In this document: piece by piece, positions 7,619-13,246 of the stretch
How positions within the stretch are numbered: position 1 is the stretch's first letter
How the letters are laid out: every line of letters starts with the position of its first letter
The notes under the pieces: generated by a model
Database searches by the model: none
What the model saw: the letters and a program-made list of their open reading frames with translations, nothing else
Told to the model about the DNA's origin: nothing
From: Candidatus Caldarchaeum sp.
GTDB taxonomy: Archaea; Thermoproteota; Nitrososphaeria_A; Caldarchaeales; Caldarchaeaceae
NCBI GenBank assembly: GCA_038844785.1
Contig: JAWBRA010000037.1
Coordinates: 1-13,246, forward strand
Direction: 5' to 3'
Length of the DNA: 13,246 bases
Made by a program: the position numbers and the translations under genes

Positions 7619-10137
7619 CGTCTGCGTAGGATGAAGATCGCTGCGGCGACTGCTATTACGCCAGCGACAGCTATCAACAACCCAAGAGGAAGCTGAGGCT
7701 GCTCCACAGCAGGCGTCTGCGTCACAGTAGTTTGGACTGTGGGGGTCTTGGTCTCGGTGACAGCCGCCCGCCTGACCTCTATGCGCTCTGTTACGCTGAA
7801 GGTCTGCGCCACATCCTCGCTGTACACGACTGCCGTAAGCTCTATGAAGCCTGGGGCCAGCTGGGACGTCTTCGAGGCAGGCAGCGTTATCTCGAAAGCG
7901 CCTCCAGCAGCCTGACCAGCTCCCGAGCCGAGGAAAGCGCCAGTCGCCGGGTCCTTCAAAATGTATGCAACCTTCACAACGCCCTTCCCAGCTGTCGTCA
8001 AAACTATCTTCGAATCGCTGCCTATCGTCACCGAGCCTTCCACACGCTGCAGCCTAGGCCTGTCAACTGTTCCGAAAAACCATTTTCCCGGCTTGAACGG
8101 GTAGGAAGGGTCTCTGAAAGCCCTCAGCTCAGCAAACTGTGACGCGGGGTCGAAGACCGCTAGGATGTAAGGGCCGTTGCTCACTACGGCGAGGTTGTAG
8201 GTGTTTATCCAGTTTAGCAGGGCGCGGTATCTCGCCTGTGCGTTGGCCGCTGTTTCATAGGTTTTTCCTGCGACGGTGAAGATGTTGGATGGGAAGAATG
8301 ATTTTGAGACAAACTCGTTCAAAGCAAGCCTGACCAAGCTGACATGCTCCCGCAGCACCAGGTTCAGCTGGTCAACCCTAAACCTTGCCGCAGCCGTGTC
8401 GCTGTAGGTTACCAGCCTCCGGGTGAACACCAGGTCGTCGGACGCTGCGAGGAGCTCCCACGGCATTCCGCCTCCGAAAACCTCCGCATACTCGGCTATG
8501 TAGTCGGGCTCGAAGTTCCAGTAGTCGACGTAGACTTCGATCCTGCTGCTGTCGATGATTCTGAAGCCTTTGAAGGTTTCGAGAACCGGCCGAGATGTGA
8601 AGGCTATCGCGAACTCGATCTTCGATTTCACGTCGTCGTAGGCGAGGTCGTAGGTCTGGTATATTCTGTAGAGTATGTCGGCCATGGTTATCGGAATGCC
8701 GTGATGCCATTTCGAAGAGGTGTACTGCGAGTAGTCGAACACGACTTTGCTGACTGCGCGTGTTCCAGGGGCTACGTTTTTCCAAGACTTTGTCTGAGCA
8801 TCCCACGTGAACGCGTCGGCGGGAACCTGCATCGTCCCAGTGGGGCCAGCTGTTTCAACTCTGTAGCTGGCTCTGAAGGGGATGGGCAGGCCTGTGAACG
8901 GGTGGCGGGCTATGGCCGGGTCTGAAACAGCTCTCCACAGGTCTGCGCTGTAAACGTCGCCGAAGCCTCCTACAGGGTTCCAGACTGTTCTAGGCGTCCA
9001 GACCCATAGATGGCCGATGTTCAGAACCTCCTTGCCGGGGATGAAAACTTCTCTCAGCGTCCAGAGGCCTCGGGCTCCTGCTGCAAGGTCTTCCGTCAGT
9101 CCTTCAACCTTTTTCGACAGCGGCGTGCTCTGGAGAACGACTGCAACCCAAACCCTGACAGACTCCGACATACATTCTTTCAAGGCTTGGAGGTACAGTC
9201 TGTCTCTCTCCTCACGGCTTGTATACTGTCCTTTGAAGATTTTCTGGCCTGTTTCGTCGAGGAGCTTGTTTGAGTACTGCCAGAAGCCGAACTCCTGCCA
9301 TCCCGGCATGTTTCCCAGCCATGGTGCGCAGAACTGGTTGACCGAGCCCGTGTCAAACTTCTCCAAGGCTCCACGCCCCCAGCCCTCGGTGTACAGATGC
9401 CACTGGAACTCCTGCGGGTCTGTCGTGTAAACTCTTGCTATGGCCTGGGCGAAGGGCAGGTAGATTCTCTCCACCGTGAAGCCTGTCTTCTCAAGCTCTG
9501 AAGCGACGAGGTCTCCCAGCTCCCTTCTCTCATCCTCGGTTCTGATGACAAACCTGAGCGTTATCGGCCTGTCGGCGTAGTACCATTTTCCGTCGCGTTT
9601 AGCTGCTCCAGCCGACGTGAGGGCGTTGGAGATTATTCTGTTGGCGTATTCGGGGTCGTATCTTATCCCCGCCTCGAGTATCTGCTGGAAGAAGACGGCG
9701 TAGTCGTAGTCGTAGGGTGTTAGATGCGATGTCATGGATGCTGCTAGCCCTCGGTAGAGCTCTCTCACAACGTAGTCGCGGTTGACCAGATACTGGAAGG
9801 CCTGCCTGACCTCCTTGATGCTGAACGGGTTGAGACCACGCGGGTCGGGTGCGGGGTTGAGAATTAACGACAGCAGAAGCGACGGAGCCCTAACCATTTT
9901 AACGTTGGGGTCTCTCTCAAGCTGCAGTATGCGTGAAACCCTCATGCTGTAGAGGTAAAGGTCGATGTCGCCTCGTTCGAGAGCTTGAGGAGCAACCTCT
10001 TCAGCGTAAGCCTTAACCCTTATAGTTTCGGTTGCCGGGCCAGGTTTGTCATGTGGTGGTCTGTACTGCTGGGCGTACGCAGTAAAAAACATTAACAGGA
10101 TGAGAAGAGAGGCTAGGAAGACATAATGTCTGTTCAT
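7615..10137 (-). CDS. dppA: ABC transporter solute-binding protein, family 5 (DppA/OppA-like), archaeal C-terminally anchored form
   Basis: Signal peptide and SBP_bac_5 motifs (LERGDIDLY, NPFSIKEVRQAFQYLVNRD, YDPEYA, KWHHGIPITMADI, NGPYIL). These are followed by an extra beta-rich domain, a Thr-rich linker and a TM helix ending RRR. Confidence 0.93.
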   Translation of the reverse strand: MNRHYVFLASLLILLMFFTAYAQQYRPPHDKPGPATETIRVKAYAEEVAPQALERGDIDLYLYSMRVSRILQLERDPNVKMVRAPSLLLSLILNPAPDPRGLNPFSIKEVRQAFQYLVNRDYVVRELYRGLAASMTSHLTPYDYDYAVFFQQILEAGIRYDPEYANRIISNALTSAGAAKRDGKWYYADRPITLRFVIRTEDERRELGDLVASELEKTGFTVERIYLPFAQAIARVYTTDPQEFQWHLYTEGWGRGALEKFDTGSVNQFCAPWLGNMPGWQEFGFWQYSNKLLDETGQKIFKGQYTSREERDRLYLQALKECMSESVRVWVAVVLQSTPLSKKVEGLTEDLAAGARGLWTLREVFIPGKEVLNIGHLWVWTPRTVWNPVGGFGDVYSADLWRAVSDPAIARHPFTGLPIPFRASYRVETAGPTGTMQVPADAFTWDAQTKSWKNVAPGTRAVSKVVFDYSQYTSSKWHHGIPITMADILYRIYQTYDLAYDDVKSKIEFAIAFTSRPVLETFKGFRIIDSSRIEVYVDYWNFEPDYIAEYAEVFGGGMPWELLAASDDLVFTRRLVTYSDTAAARFRVDQLNLVLREHVSLVRLALNEFVSKSFFPSNIFTVAGKTYETAANAQARYRALLNWINTYNLAVVSNGPYILAVFDPASQFAELRAFRDPSYPFKPGKWFFGTVDRPRLQRVEGSVTIGSDSKIVLTTAGKGVVKVAYILKDPATGAFLGSGAGQAAGGAFEITLPASKTSQLAPGFIELTAVVYSEDVAQTFSVTERIEVRRAAVTETKTPTVQTTVTQTPAVEQPQLPLGLLIAVAGVIAVAAAIFILRRR

Positions 10138-12311
10138 CAGCCCCGACGCCTCACCCTGTTTGACATGATGATGCTGGCGGCGGCCGCTGCTACCGCCACC
10201 ACAGCAACTCCCAAGGCTATCTCAGCCATTTGGTTTGAAGTGTTTTGACGAAGCTCTGGTTTTAAACGCGCAGCTATGGCGTCGGCCAGTTTTTCGATGT
10301 CCATGTCCTGTGGCATGGCTTTGAGGATTTCCTCAAGCTTCTTAGCAGTTTCCTCACCTGTACGTCTTAGCTGTTCGTTGATGTTGTTGAAGCCGAAGCT
10401 TGTGTAGTATGTTGCTTCAGCCACGTTGCCGAGAACATCTATAGCCCTTATCAGATGCGCCCCCTCGCCCGACACGGGGATGAAGATGGTTGCGGTAAAC
10501 CTGCCTGCACCGTCTGTCGGGAACGATGAGATGACTACTCCGTCAACTTCGATGAACACCTCCCTCTGCCTCGCAGCAAACCCGTCGCCGACTATCGTGA
10601 TTACCTGCCCTGCAGGTCCTTGGGGCGGGCTGATGAAAATGCTCGGCGGCCTAACAGGCCTTAGCCTTGCAAACCCTATGTCTTGGTTGGGAGCGCCTCT
10701 AAATCCGGCTCTCGAGTCCGTCCAAACCATGTAGACATCGCCGTCAGTTGCAGCGATTCCCCAGTAGTCGCCGACGAAGCTAGCGATTCCGTAGGCAGGG
10801 TTGGAAGGATAGTCTGTAACTCTCGCGTTCTCCATAAACGTATCGCCTCGGTCGCCTGAGCGGGTGTAGTAGATGTGGTAGCGGTAGTTGTCGGGGTCGT
10901 CACGCATGTCCCCCCATATAACATGTATCGTCCCGTTAGAAGAGACCGCCATAGTCGGGAAGAACTGGTTCCTTATCGTCAGGTCGTCGTTAACCCTCTT
11001 GGGACGAGACCATGTAAGGCCTCCGTCAGTAGATTTTGCGAAATATACGTCGGATAAGTCGCCCGGCTCTCTGCCAACGGCTCCGAAGACTATGTAAACC
11101 TCGTTGCTGTTTTCAGGGTTTGTGCCTAGCACGGGGAACATCGAAGACCAGGACCTGAAGTATGTCGGGCTGAGGAAGAAAGGCTGCTCCCACGTCCCGC
11201 CTGGAACAACCATAGAGGGTTTAGACCACGTTCTCCCCCCGTCTCTCGACACCGTTACCATCGGCGTGAACAAGCCTTTGAACGGTCCGTCGTCAAGCGA
11301 GTCGTAGTAAGCTACGTAGACCGTTCCGTCACGCGCTACATGCACATAGCTGCCTTGGACGAGCCGTGCATCCTCGTCTCCAGCCAGACCGCTGAAGGTT
11401 GGGCTAACCGCTGCAGGGCTTGTCCATGTCACCCCGCCGTCTGCCGATTTAACGAGTTTTATCGAAACCTCCACAGTCGGCTCGGCCACAAACGGGTAGT
11501 AGTCGAGGAACGGGTAAATCATCCTGAACTCTGTGTAGGTGACGTAGATGGTGTCTTTCTCAGGGTTCTGTCGGTCGGGTCCGACGGCCATCCAAGGCTT
11601 GTCGATGAAAACTATTGCAGCCCTGTCGGCTGAGGGAACTACATGTCCCCGTGAAGCCACGAAGGGCCTGCTCCAAGTCACACCTCCATCCTTTGAGACC
11701 GAGACAGTAGCACTTGCGACATCCGCTTCGAAAAGCAGCCTCCCTACTCTGAGGGGTCGGGTTCCGATAGACAGGAGCGAGTAGTAGACTGTGCCGTCTC
11801 TTCCGAAGGCTACTACGGGGTCGCTGCAGAAACTGTCTTCAACCGCTGGTGACGTCATGCTAGGCCCACGCCATGTCTCGCCTCCGTCAAAGCTAACGTA
11901 AGAAACTGCACAGGACACGTCAAAGTCGTGCGAGACGACGACGACATGGTCGGGGTTGTTGGGGTTGACTGCTATGTGGGGCTCGTTCTGGTAAGGCCTG
12001 TTGCCTATATCATAGGTCACTATGACGTTCCGGCTGAACTTGGCTGTCGGCGAACGGTATGGGATTGTCACCAAAGGCCCTTGAGGCCTGAACGCTGATA
12101 TTGTCTCCAACGAAAAGCCTTCAAACTCACGTCCACCATCTAAAACACCCATCCTAGCCAGCACTCCACCAGAAATGCGGTTGCCCAAAAACTCTCGGAC
12201 AGCGAAAACCTTAGCGTCAAGCTTTACCTCTTCTCCTCCCCTTTCCGCCGCGTAAGCAGCCACCATGCTCAGCAGTAGTAAGACCGCGAACATAGCCGAG
12301 AAGTACTTCAT
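10137..12311 (-). CDS. Membrane-anchored BNR/Asp-box beta-propeller (sialidase-like glycoside hydrolase fold) with Ig-like domain
   Basis: Signal peptide and six Asp-boxes (SFDGGETW, SKDGGVTW, SADGGVTW, SRDGGRTW, STDGGLTW, SGDRGDTF). Then an IPT/Ig-like segment starting PSIFISPPQGPAGQVITIVGDGF, a helical stalk and a TM helix plus RVRRRG. The stop overlaps the next ATG. Confidence 0.9.
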   Translation of the reverse strand: MKYFSAMFAVLLLLSMVAAYAAERGGEEVKLDAKVFAVREFLGNRISGGVLARMGVLDGGREFEGFSLETISAFRPQGPLVTIPYRSPTAKFSRNVIVTYDIGNRPYQNEPHIAVNPNNPDHVVVVSHDFDVSCAVSYVSFDGGETWRGPSMTSPAVEDSFCSDPVVAFGRDGTVYYSLLSIGTRPLRVGRLLFEADVASATVSVSKDGGVTWSRPFVASRGHVVPSADRAAIVFIDKPWMAVGPDRQNPEKDTIYVTYTEFRMIYPFLDYYPFVAEPTVEVSIKLVKSADGGVTWTSPAAVSPTFSGLAGDEDARLVQGSYVHVARDGTVYVAYYDSLDDGPFKGLFTPMVTVSRDGGRTWSKPSMVVPGGTWEQPFFLSPTYFRSWSSMFPVLGTNPENSNEVYIVFGAVGREPGDLSDVYFAKSTDGGLTWSRPKRVNDDLTIRNQFFPTMAVSSNGTIHVIWGDMRDDPDNYRYHIYYTRSGDRGDTFMENARVTDYPSNPAYGIASFVGDYWGIAATDGDVYMVWTDSRAGFRGAPNQDIGFARLRPVRPPSIFISPPQGPAGQVITIVGDGFAARQREVFIEVDGVVISSFPTDGAGRFTATIFIPVSGEGAHLIRAIDVLGNVAEATYYTSFGFNNINEQLRRTGEETAKKLEEILKAMPQDMDIEKLADAIAARLKPELRQNTSNQMAEIALGVAVVAVAAAAASIIMSNRVRRRG

Positions 12312-12332
12312 GTTCGATACGTCGTCGGACCG

Positions 12333-12548
12333 CTAAAATAAATACATTAATGTTATGATGGTAGGTTTGTATTTCTTTCTCCTTGGTTTTTCCTTAATGT
12401 TCTGTTGCAGTAGGGACATCCTATCTATGTTCTCGTATGTTTTACGGCATACGCTACAGAATGACTGTCCCCTGTCATACTGTGGCTGAACACCTGACGG
12501 TATAAGGAGATTCATCATATTCTTTGTAGGTGAACCTCGGTATTCCAT
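12333..12548 (-). pseudogene. Frameshifted small zinc-ribbon protein (CxxC...CPxC...LRxKPR)
   Basis: Frame 0 reads YDRGQSFCSVCRKTYENIDR. The +1 frame then reads CPYCNRTLRK (12418-12389), and frame 0 resumes with PRRKKYK. One extra base at ~12419-12421 and one missing base in the T5 run 12387-12391 explain the shifts. Confidence 0.7.
12335..12353 (-). promoter_or_regulatory. Putative promoter of the propeller-SBP operon with adjacent palindrome
   Basis: Minus-strand TTTATTTT at 12342-12335 ends 23 nt before ATG 12311. The perfect palindrome ACATTAATGT at 12344-12353 sits immediately upstream. Confidence 0.45.
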
Positions 12549-12606
12549 CCTAACCCATAGGTCTATCCTAACCTCTCTCCCATCATTAGCCTCTAAATAG
12601 AACAGC

Positions 12607-12666
12607 TGTCAAAGCAGCCCTACAGGCTGACAAACATGATGGTGTCAATCATTTGACATTTATATA
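12607..12666. promoter_or_regulatory. Bidirectional TATA element with TGTCA/TGACA operator-like palindromes
   Basis: TGTCAA-N4-TTGACA at 12643-12658 abuts TTTATATA at 12659-12666. Extra half-sites are TGTCA at 12607 and TGACA at 12628. Confidence 0.55.
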
Positions 12667-12942
12667 GTTTTAGACGACTGTTGTAGTATGGTCTCCGTTT
12701 TTAGATAATTGTCGGGGCAAAAGGTTGGTGCTAGTGGATTCATCTCCATGGCGGAGCTCTACTCGCCATTATCTTCAATCATGTTAAAGCCTGTATCCGG
12801 CTACTTTCAGGACATCTCCGGCGCTTCAGAACCCCCGACATGCCTAGAACCAAGCTTAGGATGTTTAAAGCGTTTTCGGGACGGTACAGACAACACCACC
12901 TATCCGCTTAAATCCATGCTTGTTGTATGCTTTTGTAATGAC

Positions 12943-13211
12943 CGGGACGATGGTCCCGTGAAGGGGTTGAATTCCTGAGGCCATCCCCTCCAGGCGTGAG
13001 GGGGTGTGAAAACATAGAGTCGTCCCCGCGAAATGCATAGGAAAACTCCGCCAAACACAAACCCTCACCCAACCCGCCGTAGAAGGCGGCCACCCCTTTC
13101 TAAATGCTGTGGGGTGGCTGGGAGGGTTTGGCTGGAAACTGGGCCTTGGCGCGGCCACTGGGTTGGCGGACGTGCGGTAGGGAGACAGACGACGTATGAA
13201 GGCTGTCTGGA
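12943..13211. other. GC-rich highly structured non-coding element (fold-back repeat or ncRNA)
   Basis: Nested stems: 13019-13024/13188-13193, 13047-13054/13163-13170, 13058-13066/13122-13130, 13089-13096/13111-13118 and 13074-13078/13085-13089. 5' hairpins at 12943-12958 and 12982-13006. No credible ORF. Confidence 0.55.
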
Positions 13212-13246
13212 CAATGCTGGACGACGTTCTCCACATCCATTCCACT

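Noticed and set aside
1106-11784. Numerous antisense and alternate-frame ORFs nested in the long genes (e.g. 4761-5099, 7732-8142, 8344-8925, 9017-9430)
   Set aside because: Shadow ORFs fully or largely overlapping well-supported genes, with no motifs or promoters.
10137-12311. Calling the propeller a true sialidase (nanH/nanA)
   Set aside because: Asp-boxes are structural and shared by many propellers, and the GH33 RIP motif is not visible.
12547-12573. 9-bp direct repeat ATCCTAACC x2, 18 bp apart
   Set aside because: Only two short copies, corresponding to repeated V-R-I/V-R-M codons in the upstream-extended frame. Not a CRISPR or iteron array.
12944-13027. tRNA-like or SRP Alu-like fold (GGGACGA/TCGTCCC closing stem)
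   Set aside because: No TTCGAA T-loop or proper anticodon arm, and no SRP helix-8 motif (CAGG...GNRA...AGCA) downstream.
12709-13245. ORFs 12709-12978, 12865-13245 and 12908-13093 as genuine CDS
   Set aside because: Mutually overlapping, with atypical composition and no recognisable domains, and they run through the structured element. 12709-12978 may at most be a decayed remnant.

Overview
Archaeal genomic segment. The gene families, AGG/AGA/ATA-rich codon usage and TATA boxes about 22-30 nt before start codons suggest a thermophilic Aigarchaeota/Caldarchaeales-like genome (inference). A gene-dense core (422-12311) holds nine genes: a conserved hypothetical protein, a 10-repeat surface protein translationally coupled to a Sec11/SipW-type signal peptidase, a small membrane Cys/His protein, endonuclease IV, a lone DppB-type permease, a membrane-anchored coiled-coil protein, and on the minus strand an Asp-box beta-propeller (sialidase-like) protein coupled to a family-5 ABC solute-binding protein. 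Both window ends are non-coding fold-back regions that share an exact 17-bp inverted match. The 12333-12700 interval hides a doubly frameshifted CxxC/CPxC zinc-ribbon gene and a palindrome-flanked bidirectional TATA element. No rRNA, tRNA, CRISPR array or transposase was seen.
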